A stretch of 64,000 nt of DNA from positions 35,218,001-35,282,000 of the forward strand of contig NC_045696.1 of the NCBI RefSeq assembly GCF_009834535.1, written 5' to 3'. Source of the stretch: Camelus ferus (Eukaryota). This document shows positions 12,926 to 25,789 of this stretch, one piece after another. The position numbers were made by a program, and so were the translations under genes. Each line of letters begins with the position of its first letter. The first letter of the stretch is position 1. The notes below the pieces were generated by a model that did no database searches, was not told where the DNA came from, and worked only from the letters and a program-made list of their open reading frames with translations.

Positions 12926-15576
12926 TTGCATTTTATTGAAACAAATTATTCAGCAAAATTTCACTTATAGGCCAGTCCTGCTCACTAGATAAGAAAGATA
13001 CATAGGTAAACACCTAGAGCATTCTTTCAATAAAGAAAAGACACACAAAGATACCATTTTGTGGAGAATGGTGAGCATATTTAAGTTGTATGTATCTATT
13101 CATTATTTTGTTTCTTTTTCAGAGATTTTTACCAGGTCTCTTTTGGATTGGCTGACGGTGCCACCTCCTTTGTCTCTTGTATCTATGGCACCATTTGCGG
13201 GCCTGACTCGAGCCCCAATCCAGAAACAAGCCCGAGTTGTCGTCCCTATTTTTTTCTATCCTAGACTAGCTCTGACAGATTTCTTTCTTACTTGTGTTAA
13301 TTCAGTATCATCCCCCAAAAGATCTATGATTAATTCTGACACATATCCACTGGTCAATGACATAGCTTAGGAATAGTTTTATCTCCAGGAAGTATGAACA
13401 ATGGTTTCAGTGGTATTTGGTTTAAAAAAACAGCTTTCTTGAAGTTTCTCCTATTCCCTCAGATGACATATTTTGGATAAACCAGGGGTACTCTGCCAGC
13501 ATACATCCTGGGCTGCCCACAAAGTAACTGCTCCTTTGTATACACTAAGTTACAAACTGGTCTCCATGTGTGTAGGTATCCTTTTCTGCCTTCCACCCCG
13601 AGTTGTACTTACTCCAACCCAAGAGGTCAGAGAGCGGATCAAGAGTAGTTTATGTTTCTAACTGGCTGGATTCACAGTCTCCATGAGGCTTTACTTCAGT
13701 TTCTTACTCAGGTTGACCACAGGGTAAAAGAGGTCATTTAGAGACACTATGTCTTTAGGGACTATTCTGAAAAGAGTGAAGACATTTAGACCTCACGGAA
13801 GTGCAGATAAGAACTCTGTTCCCGTAGTTTCCAGCTGGCCTCCATCTGAATTCTTGGAGCCTCTCTTTACTCTAAGTTGTCTTCCTAATGGGAAGCCAGC
13901 CTCATCTTACACTACAGTTTCAGGAGCAGAATTCTTTCTGTTGTTATGAAAACCTGTCTGAATACAGATACTTCTGGAAAGACAGTTTCCTTGGCTTTTC
14001 TCATATCTGAATTTAAAAAGGCAAAAGACTCCCTCAAGGCAATAACCCTCTAAGTTCCCAAGTATTCATGTTTGTGGCTGCAAGCTCCTAGATGTGCCAT
14101 TCTGAGTCAGAAAAAATAAATAAAAAGAACCCATACTGTAGCCCTCTAAAGAAAGTACGCAATGTCGGGCATATTTTTCCTGTGTTCCTCATTGATGCTT
14201 TCTGATTGACCTTTCTTTTTCTCTCCAATTTAGAATCAGTTAATCTGTTACTCCTGGGAGGTATGAATTTCCATATTCTGGTTGATTTATATGGACTTCC
14301 TGTAAACTGAAGACTGCAGGATGAAATCAATCACCATGATGCCTACAGCAGTGGCCCGGGATAGGACATGAGAATCACCTGATGTTTTCCATTCTTATTA
14401 GGGCTGAAATGAAAGCACAGTATTTTCATGCTTCCTGTGCTGGGGATATTATTTGGAGAACCCCACACTGATAAGAGAAGAATAGAGATATGCCATTTTG
14501 TACTTTTAGCTAATGTTTTATGATGGTGATAAAACAATAACTGAAAGTTTTATCAAACTCTCTTAAGAACTCTTGAGTTTACAGGACTTCTGTAGGTAGG
14601 TGCATGATACTACCCCAGAATCTAAGAAACTGATGCATTAACTCAGTTTAGATAACATGCCAGCATTTACTAGAAAATAATGTTCTGAAATTATGAGTTA
14701 TGTTCACTTGTTGGAGAGAGTGTTGTTAGGATGTTTAATTTCACTTGTTTTCTTACGTTTTTTTTTTTTTTCCTCACTGCTTTTCTGCATGTGGGAAGTA
14801 TACATGTATATTCAGTTATCAAAAATAATACAAATACCCATCATCAAGGTGGACTTCTTTCAAAAAGCATAAGACAGCACTCTGATAGCAATGCCCCAAG
14901 TTAATAACAGGCTTATCAACAATTTGCTAAATAAGAAAGAAAAGAGAAAGAAAATCCTAGGAAAGTCAAGGCTAGAGGTTTTTCTTTGCAGTTGAACTTT
15001 ATTTCAGTTTAGTGTCCACATTTCCATTGGTCATGAAAATTTAAAATTAAACCTCTCCAATGTGCACATTTTAATTTAATATGGAGGAATGTAATTCATT
15101 ATTTGGCACAGATTTATTGTTGTAAAAAGCTCCCGCTGATGTCATGGTGAATTCTGTGCATGAAATGAGGGCAAACAAATGATTCATTTTTCATGAATAT
15201 TAACAATCAATGTTACATTCTCCTCAAACAACGGTGTAATGTTTTTTACTAAAATGCTCAAATGTTCTTAGCTTATATTTCTTTCAAAAGCCATAAGGTA
15301 GAAAAAAGTTTTATAAGAAGTAATGGTATCGCCATAAAAAAAAAGTGGTACAAGATAGAAAGCTGCCAAGTTAATCTGATTGCAAAGATCCATCAACTCA
15401 AGTGACCAAGTGGTGATAAGTCAACCATGTAGGGAGGGTTCCCTTATAATCTAGGATGTATTTCAGTAGATGAACTGCTCTCCTGTCTCTGTCACTGGGA
15501 TATTATGAAAGAACTCTTGTTTTCACATACAACTGCATCATAGAAAGAGAGCTGTCTCTTTAGGAACCAACTCTTC

Positions 15577-15720
15577 TTTCATTCAACAAATATTCACTGA
15601 GTGGCTATTATGTACCTAGAACTATGCTAGGTATTTAAGGCACAATGATAGATAAAACTGCAATGTCATCAGTATGTCATGGAGCTTATAGTCTAGTGGG
15701 AACACTGGCAATAAATCAAA
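15577..15720 (-). mobile_element. L2 3' end
   Basis: ttcattcaacaaatattcactgagtggctattatgtacc...atggagcttatagtctagtggg is the classic L2 reverse-strand terminus. Confidence 0.8.
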
Positions 15721-16297
15721 ATAGATGGTCTAATTATAGATTAATGGACAGGCCAAACTTAGGAAGAGGTAAATATTTAATATGTGGCTGAACTCACCAC
15801 TAACAGTTAACCCCAGTCTAAATAACTATATAGGACTTTAAGTTAGCTTGTTTCATTCTAATTTTCTGTCCATGTTATCCACAGCATTTCTGTTCAACTC
15901 TGGCTCTTCCACTGGAAATTCAGTTATGATGTTTTTGAAGCAAACAAAAACTTTTTCTTTGATTTAAGGATTGTTTGAATAGTAAGAAAGGCTGGCAGAG
16001 AGATAAACTAGATTATTAGTATATTCACTTCCCTAATTTTCTAATTCTTTATTTGTCAATATGAGCAAAACTTTCCACGTATACAATACGAAAACTACAA
16101 ATTCAAGTATACCCCATTAAGTAAACCCCCCAAAAATTACAAATTAAAATGCAGTTAGGTGTTAAGTATTCATTGTGAGAAAATGAAAAGTGAAAATAGT
16201 ATATAGTATTTTAAAGCAATGCAGGTTAGCAAGTATAAACCTATCCAATATATAATAGTATTTCCACTCAGTGGTACCAAATATACATCTCATTAGC

Positions 16298-18470
16298 TAT
16301 TGCAAGTTAGGTTCTCTTGGGAAAAGATTCTGAGATGCGATTAAAGGGCAAGAGTTTTATTAGGAAGAGCTCGCAGGCTCAAGACTGAGGAGACAGAGAA
16401 ACTGAGCAGTGGTGCTGTCTCAATGGAGGTGTCATCAAACCAGCTGAAGCTGGGATAACCCTTTATATTAATCCTGAATTGGAGTGAGAGAGCCATTCCC
16501 TTACAGCCCTGTGGTAACCATCAGATGTGGAATTCCCCAGAAAGAAGACATGACTTTGGGCAAGACACCTGCCTTCAGTGGAGGCCATCTCAAAATAGGG
16601 CTGGCAGATGAGGGCTAGCTATGTACTGGCAGCTCTTCTCGCAGCTTCATTCCTAAAGGGGAATCTGGGAGACACCTGCCCCTTACACCATTTGGAACTG
16701 TTTCTTTTTTAATTCAGGGAGCAGTTAGCCCAGAGCTCTAGTAAGCCTCCCTTACTGAGGAAATTTGGATGAAGTAGATTAGTGAGAAAAATTACAGACA
16801 ATACTGCCACAGATGGTTATGGGCACCACAAATATCACTTTTACCTTCATTCACTATTATGCATTCCATCTATTCCCTCCAACATCAACTAGCATTTTTT
16901 TCTGGTCTTGGGGGCATGATGCATACCTTACTTCATGAGAAGTTCGAGCCCTTAGTCACTGTACCCTTATCAAGAAGGGGTGGTTGCACTTGTCCATTCA
17001 CTAACAAAATCGGGCAAAGCAGTGTCAAGAAACCCCAAGAATAACACTTGAATTATACTCTCTTCCCCCACTGAATAACAGCAGACCCACTGGGTACTCC
17101 TGATGATCAGTCAATTATCCTTGACAATGTGGTGATTTTTTTTTTTTGCCTCTTTTCTTTTCCCAGCCCCACTCCTTGATCAAGCACCCTCAGATTACCA
17201 ACTCAGGCATATTCATGCTGAGTAATTCCTTCAGCTCCTTTAGGGGTACTGTCCATTTCCTCCCTTATCAGGCCTTGCACATCTCCAGCTGGGTTATGTC
17301 CTGACTTAATCCTAGTGGCCAAAAGGGGAATTGAGGACAGATCTTGAGGAGGGGTGTATGTTAACTTGTATGAGGGAAGCCTCTCCACCATCTCCAAGCA
17401 AGGTAGGACTACTATCCCTAAATAGGGAGTAAACCATTTCTTCAGCTTTGAGGGTTCAGGGGGATTTGGGGATTCAAAGTTTATAAATCCAATTAACTCA
17501 GATGTCCCCATCCCATGTGTCAAGGTCAAGTTCTTTGCTAATCAGGGCCTTGGCCTTAGCATAGCAGACCTGATTAGGTTGATAGTTAAACCATCTTTGG
17601 AAGTCTGTTATTCCTATGAATAAGTCCTAGGCCTAACCCCCAGCTTTCTCTGTCTCTAGCTGCAGGAAGTAAAAGCCTCTTTCTGTATTTAAAATCCCCC
17701 TAGCTTTCACACTTGGCTTTCAGCTGTCAATTAATAACTTTGAACCTTTTCTTTTCCAAAAGCAGTAACGTTTAGCATATGCATCCAATTACAGGTTCTT
17801 AAGCTACATTTTACTTTTTTTTTATTTCTCACACACCTGATATATCAAATCAGCTAGTGCAATCCCTTCTACTAGTAGAGCATCTCAGGTAAACGTTTTA
17901 ACAGTTACAATGGTACTTTGTGCCAGGAGCTATCTATACTCCACCTACTACCAGTGATGTGGTCATTGCCAGCCGAGAGGCAGGTAATCCAGTTCCAAAA
18001 GCCCATCTCTAGTCCACCAGATGACTGTTAACACCAGCTGTCCCTGAGGGGTTTTCAGGAAGCAGATTCTGAGATGGAAATCCCCACACAGGGGATTTAC
18101 TAGGGAGTGCTCTTGAGATTAACTCCTGGGGAAGGGAAGTAAAGGAAGCAGGGCTGGTCGGAGGAAGAAGCTGAGACCTGACACAGTCTCAGTGGAAACC
18201 TCAGTCAATCCCACCTGAAGTATTAAGCTAGGATAACTATTCATAGTTGTCCAGAATTGGGGGAAAGTGGGTTAATCTTTCTAGCCCCACACTGATCAAT
18301 CACTGAATACGGGGCATCCTGCATGGGGACATAACTTTAGGGAACATGGCTGTCTGTAGCCATGGCAGTTCCCAAAGAAGGTGAGAGTTAAGGACTATAG
18401 ACAGGAAATAACAGTATAAATTATAAATTCTTCTTAAAAGAATCTGAATGGTGTTATAGTGTTGACCAAG
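16298..18470 (-). mobile_element. Two-LTR, internally deleted ERVL provirus (LTR16-type LTRs, ERV3-16A3-like internal region)
   Basis: Two homologous segments of about 0.4 kb (about 16298-16680 and 18039-18470) share agattctgagatg, aagct(g/a)ggataac and cat(g/a)acttt(g/a)gg in the same order. On the minus strand the 5' LTR ends in CA and is followed by gcTGG (PBS-like start at 18034-18036). The internal ctggcaatgaccacatcactggtagtaggtggag matches the recalled ERV3-16A3 internal sequence. Confidence 0.75.
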
Positions 18471-18779
18471 CTAGTATGTTACATTGCTACTCATTTTTAA
18501 TGAAAAAAGAAAAACAGGAAGTCCTCAAGCATTTATGAAAGAACATCAGTCATGCCAAGTAATCTTTCTGCTCCTCTAAATCCACTTGGTTTCTGGTTGC
18601 AGTTAGCCAAAGGAAAACCCAGGCAGAAGCTGAAGAGACAACAAGCAGTAAATTCAGCCTATTAATTCCTCTAGCTCTCTTCCTCAAGAACAAATCACTG
18701 GTCTTCTTAAGGCAGCCAACTCTAAAGATTCTCTTTACTTCCAGGTAGAAATGACTTCTCCCCTGCCCATTACATTCAG

Positions 18780-18951
18780 GGTAGTCTTGGTACCTGCTCC
18801 TAGAGTGCTGTTCTTGCACTATATTCATGTTTCCTTATACACTGCCCCCACCTTTGAATTAAATTCATCTATAAATAAGTCCTTCTCAAGTTGTCCTAAC
18901 TTGAGTGCACGAGTGTACCCTTTGTTTCTTAGTGAGATCCTGACTTACACA
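18780..18951 (+). mobile_element. LTR33-like ERVL LTR 3' fragment
   Basis: ttctcaagttgtcctaacttgagtg...tttgtttcttagtgagatcctgacttacaca resembles the recalled LTR33 3' end. Confidence 0.55.
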
Positions 18952-19289
18952 AACATCTTTCCTAATATGATCAGTACTCTGTAAACTCCCTTAGGGCTCC
19001 ATCTGTGCCTGATTTGTCTTTGTGTCTCTAAATGCTCCAAGTATTCTATAGGTCTGCAGTAATTGTGTTAAATGAGCCAGTTTTTTCAAGCATATACATA
19101 GGATTTTTATTTATGTCAGTACTAATATTATTTGAGGTTCTCATTACTTCTTATTTTGCCAAGGTTGAAGAGAGCATCTAAAATGTGGGAACATTTCTTG
19201 CATATTTTAGTTGTAAATAAAATATTGGCTGACTCAGATTCTCAGTTACTTAGGCCTTATTAGAGAAGGCAGGTACCATTTAATTGGAT

Positions 19290-19440
19290 CATGAGAAGCT
19301 AGAGTTACTCAAGATGGTCCTCTATTTGTATGACCTGGTAGAAGTTGTTTGGTTTCTTGGAGCCTGGTTTCTTTATGCAGTAAGTGAACGGAAAAAGTAC
19401 CACTGAATTCTTCATAGCTCTAATTTTTTTGTAGTTCTCT
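19290..19440 (+). mobile_element. MIR/MIR3 SINE fragment
   Basis: tgtatgacctgg...cttggagcctggtttctttatgcagtaa...ttcatagctctaa. Confidence 0.5.
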
Positions 19441-20299
19441 GATCCAGAAAATTGTAAAATGGGCACGTTGCTTGGGATTTTTATTCTGTATAACCTTCAA
19501 CTTCTGAGTCATTGAATTTTTCACAGATAATGTTCTAGGCTATTGATTATCATTTCCTACCTTTTAGTGGATGGAAAAAAATTGAGAATTAGACAGTGTC
19601 ATTGAGATTTTGGCAAAGACAACAAAATACAGTTTATAAATACTGCATTTGTGCTTTGGTGTAGTGGCCATTGCTCAAAGTTAATGGTTTTGGCAGTCCT
19701 GGATGACCCAGCGTTGATTGACTGACATAAAGGTCAGCTGCTTAATTTATGAGCTGTCCTTCCAGAATAAAGACATTGATGCTGACCTGCTGGCAGGAGG
19801 GGCTGCTGCTGAGGCTGTTGACACAATGGTGATGATAGTTTAAAAAGAAGCTATTCACCTTCTTTTGATCCCTGCCTGTTGTGATCAATGGCACTTAAGC
19901 CAGGTCAAGATAAGGAACAGATACTTCTGTGGCTGTAGAACAAATTAAGACCAAGTTGCTACAAAGCATTATTAACTTCATCTGCATTCTGTTCTAACAG
20001 GTTGAACTAGCCAGACATAGACAATTACCAACTACTACCCAGAGGACAGACAAGTTCAAGACGGCATTTTCTATTAGCTCTAAACTGCTAGAAAAGGAAT
20101 TCAGTCACTTCATAAATTAAAATTATTTAAAAATTCCAGTTCAGAAGTCAATATTTTTTCATATCACAAATCCTACCTACACTGTTCTGGATATAGTCAT
20201 TGAACTGATGATGGTAATTTACAAAAATTGTAAGTATATTTGGGCAAAAGTTGAATTTCTCAGCAATATGAACATACAATTTAATTTATAGTTTTTTAT

Positions 20300-20507
20300 A
20301 AATCTAGGCAGTAATGATATTTGGGACCGGATAATTCTCTGTTGCAGATAGGCTGTGTTTTGCACCGTAGAATGCTTAGTAGCACCACTGGCTTCACTCA
20401 CTGGGTGCCAGCAGCAATCCCTCTTATCAGCAACAACCAAAAATGTTTCTAAACGCTGCCAAATATCCCTTTGGGGACAAATTAACCCCAGGCTGGAAAC
20501 AACTGAC
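20300..20507. mobile_element. MER20 hAT-Charlie MITE
   Basis: gatatttgggaccggataattctctgttg...gtagaatgcttagtagcac...caacaaccaaaaatgtttctaaacgctgccaaatatccc...ggggacaaatt...gaaacaactg. Confidence 0.85.
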
Positions 20508-23500
20508 TTAATTAACAAATGTTTTATGAATTTTATTTTGTTGCCTAGCAATGAGCATTGATTGGGAACTCTACAATGAATAGAATGTTGTACTCTACTC
20601 CCTAGAACCTTACACTCTGTTTAAAATAGGAAAATAAGTAAATATTACCACTGAGGTATATGGAAGGTATTGTGTATGTGTGTGTGTTTAACTTCGTATG
20701 CTTTTTTAAAAAAAAGTTTCATTCAGTAATAATATATTTCACAATGAATTTGTCATTAATTGGTTAGGCCACACCATGCAGTCTTGTCTGAAGGAAAATG
20801 GAGAAGCTAGAAATGTCAGGGAGTAGATGAGAACAAGACCAAGATGAAAATACGATTAGGATGGCTAAAACATGTGGCCCAAACTTTGACATCCCAGTGT
20901 GGAATAACACAAGAGTTAAATCTGAAGATGAAAACTGAGGTTACTAGCAGAGTATCCATCACACTTTAAAAAAGTCTTCCAGATCTTTGAAGTCAAAGGT
21001 TGTACAAGTGTAACATTTATACTTACATTGCCATGAAACAACCTTTGGCACTAAGCTCCTATGATACAATCTGCTCCTGTTGACTCCCTCACCTGAGGAT
21101 ACAGCACAGACTTTCCTATCTCATCCTTCTTGTTGCAATTTCAAACTCCAAACTAAACGTCAAAATGCTACAACACTTTCCTGAAACTCAAAGAAATTAG
21201 AAAGTGAACTCCAGCCAGGAGACATAACACTGTATACCAAGGTTGCTGCCTCATACCAAGTAGATAGAAAGGGATTCTATATAAAAGTCCTTTTATATAA
21301 AAGGCAATAGAAAACATGTAGTGGAACAAGACCAGGCTTGGTGAGCTCTTCAAAATAAATCTCTTAATGGAACACACAATTCTCAGTTGTGAGACTCAAA
21401 TTGAATTAGTACTTACTGTCTGGTGACAAGTGTTATTTAACTTAACCATTTTAGGACATGTCCAGGAAAAATGCAAACATATGCAATTTGACAAAAGGAA
21501 TGAATAAAACCTATAGCAGGTCCCCTGTGTGAGGAATCACTGGAGTTTATAACAGCAGTCCTGAGTTTTCAAAGGCACGGTGAGAAGTACAGGAGAGTGG
21601 CAGTTATTCTTAGCTTATAAATCCACACTTCCAGTAGCAACTACATACTCAGATCAAATACTGAGCTTATATTCCAAAGAATGCAGAAATATGTACTTTC
21701 AATAAAATTTTAACTTTAATGAAAACTACCTAGGTGGCTTAAAGCATCACAAAAGACAATGCAATTTTATCTCTTGCTCAGCAACAAAAATTATTTAAAT
21801 CCAAGCAAAGTTTCTGAATAGATGACTAAAATTTACAGTGAATTTTAGTTACTAAAATGTGAATCAAGGCTGATAAAGGAAATCACTTAACTGAACCTGT
21901 TAATTAGCATCTGCCCAAATTAGCATTTATTTTGGGATCAGCTAAGATTCAAGAGAGCAAATGTTCAGGAGGTTGTAATTAAAGAATCTTTTTTTCCCCC
22001 CATTTTCTAAGGTGGAAGTGTAGGCTCAATCCAGAAACAAGCTGACTTGTTTATTTGGTCAAACTATTTTACAAATGGAGGCAAATTCTGCTCAGAAATG
22101 TTTATAACCATGAATAAAGAGAACACAACAAGAAAAGGCAAAATAAAAAGTGGCCAATTTCTTGCCTCAATTTTTTTCTAACAAATGTACTGTGTTAATA
22201 CTTGCAAACATGCATGTGAAACGATTCAAAAATGAATTAGACCAAGTCCCTCTTTGCAAGTTGTTCACAACTTAGTAGGGATGATTAATGCAGAAACAAT
22301 AAACAAAAATAGACTTAGCTAAAATACTGTTAACTAAAATACAAAAATAGTAATTTTAAAAAACCTAGAACAGTGTCAAAAAGAGGACAGCAATAAAAAA
22401 GGCAGGGGGATGAAAGGAGGTTTTCTCAGTTCTGGTAGGTTTAGAAAATGTCTTCTATGTCTATATTCATAATGTGAATTAAAGTCATTCATATTTTTTT
22501 GTTGCTTATTCTGTGTTCTTACTCACAAATTTTGACAGCACCCTCCAAGATTACAAGTGATTGTATGAGGGCCATTTTGGGAAGAGGCCAGTTTCTCTTT
22601 TCTCTTCCAGCTATGCAGACTGAGCGTAAAGTTTCTTCTGAAGTTAGTGATGTTCCAAATCAGCATCTCAGAAGTATATGACAATATCTCAAACGTGTCC
22701 CAGATGTTTCTTTTTTATTTTTTGGAAAGTGTCATTTTATTAGAAAGGCAGAATCTGTAAGTATTTTTTAAATATATTATACCAGGAAGCTGAAAATTTA
22801 ATATTTTTCAACCATAATATGCCATTGACCAATAAAAAACAAACATATAAGGTATTACTTTTCGTCTGTATATTTCCATGCATATAAATTGCATTTAAAT
22901 GTTTATATATGTGTGTGAGTGAATTGTGTGTGTGTTTAAAGACATACAGGTTGCAGGTTTATGATGATGGAAACAAATTATCCTGTCTATAGTTTCCATT
23001 ACACTTAATTTAAATCCAAATCTATTTAAAAAATAGAATATATTTACATTCTAATTTATAACATATTTATGCTAATATGTTATTTTAATAACTTCTGGCT
23101 TCTACATATGAATTGCATCATTTCAAAATAGGTTTTTAGAAAAATTAAGCTGACCTTTTTTTAACTAAATCAGTAGCTGTTCAAATGACTTGTTTGAAAC
23201 TAGATTTTTTTTTAAGATAAAAGTATTGATTATTCTTGAACCAGTTATACTATTATATTTTCTAGAAGGTACTTTAAAAAGAAGTCCTGGTTAGGAAATA
23301 TATAACATGTTTATCAGTTTGAGGATTATAATTTCAAGAAATTGCTTTCGTATTTTACAACACAGAGTTCAAGAAAAATAGTTTCATATCATTTAAACCA
23401 GTGTAATGTGGCAAGATGACATTAAAGAATCAAATCAAGAAAAAAAAAATCTGAGAAGTTCTTGTAGTTTAAACAGCAGCCTCAAGGAAAATTAAAACAG

Positions 23501-24659
23501 TAAGGTATGTAATAGTGGGTTTTTACACATGATTAAGTTATTGATTTATAAAAGTATGCTGAAGTTCATGTTCTGCCTCTCTACATGTGAGTACACTGCA
23601 TTCTGTATTATTATGCTATCCACACCATGTTTAAAAAGTGCAGTAAGAATATTAAAATATTTGGCCACATAACTAAGAGACTATATTCCAATCTGTATTC
23701 ACTTATAGATGACATTAATGTTAAACTTAAAAAGACCAGCTTTCTTAAGGGTACTATAAAAAGATTGTCATCCTTGTTGAAAGACTGTAACATATATTTC
23801 CCATTTCATTTACTAAAGTGAAGTCTTTATAACATGCTTGATTGTGGCATTTCATCTAAATAGACTGCCTATTGAACAGTTACAAAGTGAAATATTAACA
23901 AAGCTGATTGGGTTGTTAAACCAAACCCATTTGTAAAAATCAATTCTGGCTCAGGAAAGTATGTACACTATATTTTATCACCGTGGAAAACTGATGGTGG
24001 GAAATAGTAATCATGTATCCAAGGAACAATTTAGAAAAACCACATCTTAAACAATGGTGTCATTACAACAATCATCCATAAAGAAAGGAAACATAAATGA
24101 CGCATAGTCCTTTCAAATACCCTGAAAGTTGAATTATATGGTAGAAATAACATTGTATTCATGTTACTTTAATTCATTTTATGCTATTCAAGAAAACAGA
24201 TACACCTTAGCAGGTGCTGAATAATGAGCAGAAAAATGAACATTTCTATTAGATGCACCTGGATATTCACAGTGTAGATAACAATAACCCAAAGAAATCC
24301 AATCACATAGATTGTATGCAATGACATCCTACTACTCTTCTTGGGAATGTTTCATTATTTCATCTGCGGTTATGTCTTTTCAAATTAAACACAATGTCAT
24401 TTCTAGCTTTTATAACATAATCTACCATTGAATATGCATGTGAATATAAAGAGTATTTTAAAGGTGTCACCCAGTACAATAATTCTCTAGCTCTCTATTA
24501 AGTAAAGTATGTAAACAGACATTACAAAGAAAATTATACCTTTTTTTAGTGCCTATTGCTGAATCATTTACAGATTAATCAGTAAATTAGACACCAAATC
24601 ACTTTCCAGATACCAAGTCACTTTGGCCTAACAAAATAACTTTTTCTAAAATCTTGGCC

Positions 24660-24825
24660 TAACAAAAATCCTAGAAGGTAGAGTATTTTGATTTCACAGA
24701 GTTTTACAGATAAAAGTAAAGTAAATGGTTAAATAGCTTGCTCATTTTCACAGACAGCATGGAGTCCACCTAGGATTTGAACTGAATGGGACAAGATGAA
24801 GACATTATTCTTAATCATGAAATTA
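24660..24825 (-). mobile_element. MIR SINE
   Basis: ttttacagataaaa...ggttaaatagcttgctca...ctaggatttgaact. Confidence 0.55.
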
Positions 24826-25003
24826 TAGGATACAAACATCCCCTAGCAGACACTTGCAGACATTCTCTTCTCAAAAGTTAACAGAGCTATGAAAAATCTT
24901 GCTGGTATCACCCAAGTATTAGGGGATAAATCTAGATTCATTCTTTCTAATTTTATGATTGTTGATTTTCTCTTCTGGACAAAAAGAGTAGAAAGGATCC
25001 CAG

Positions 25004-25410
25004 TGATAAACTTCTAGGTTGCTAAAATGACTAAAGAAGGTGCTACAAGCAAACTTTACTTAATACTTCATGAAGTGGGTAGTCTCCATACTCAATAGTT
25101 TGGAGAACTGCAAAAAGGGGCACAAGGCAGAAAGTCTTTATAGTATAAGGAATAAGGAACAAGGAAGAGAAAGAATAAAAATATCTGATTGGCTAGGGTT
25201 AAGTATCTGGCTTTATTTGAGATATCAAGGAACAGGGGGAGAGTCACCAGTGTTACAATTGGTTACCTAGGTGATCTGACTTCTGAGCAGAAGGGCCATT
25301 TACAAGAATATGAAACCAAAAGTTTAAGGTATGTTTGTTGACATGGTTTTCTAGGCTCAGTGGCATCCAGTCTACCAAAGAAAGCTTAATGTGAGATCAA
25401 TTTGACAATT
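25004..25410 (-). mobile_element. Probable old ERV1-type LTR fragment (family not identified)
   Basis: Reverse-oriented poly(A)-signal-like tttacttaa, TATA-like ctttatagtataa and CCAAT (gattggct), in LTR order. No convincing TSD. Confidence 0.35.
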
Positions 25411-25789
25411 CAAACAAATTTTATTTAACACTTTATGATGTGGGCAATCTCTACTCTCAAGAGTTCAGAGAACTGCACACTTCGTGAAGTATTAAAGTTT
25501 GTATCACCTAAATTGTCTTCTTTAATAATTTTAACAAGGGCCATTCTGTGGTGGGGAGGGGCAGAAAAATCCAGTTGACTAGTGGAGAAAAAATAATAAA
25601 AAGAGGAGAAATAAAGGAAGAAAGATCTCAGTCCATGTTAAATCAAAAAGCCTTACGTGAAAGACCTTTTACCAAAGTCCAATATGACTCTTTCTGCACT
25701 GGGTGTATGCACTGAATCCCTTGGGTCCCCTTATGGACTAGGTTTGAGCTGAATGGGCAGTTTGTCCCTTAACAACAAAAAGAGCTAGA

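Noticed and set aside
13216..22042. Exact 16-mer caatccagaaacaagc at 13216-13231 and 22027-22042
   Set aside because: About one such match is expected by chance among all position pairs in 64 kb, and the flanks extend only weakly.
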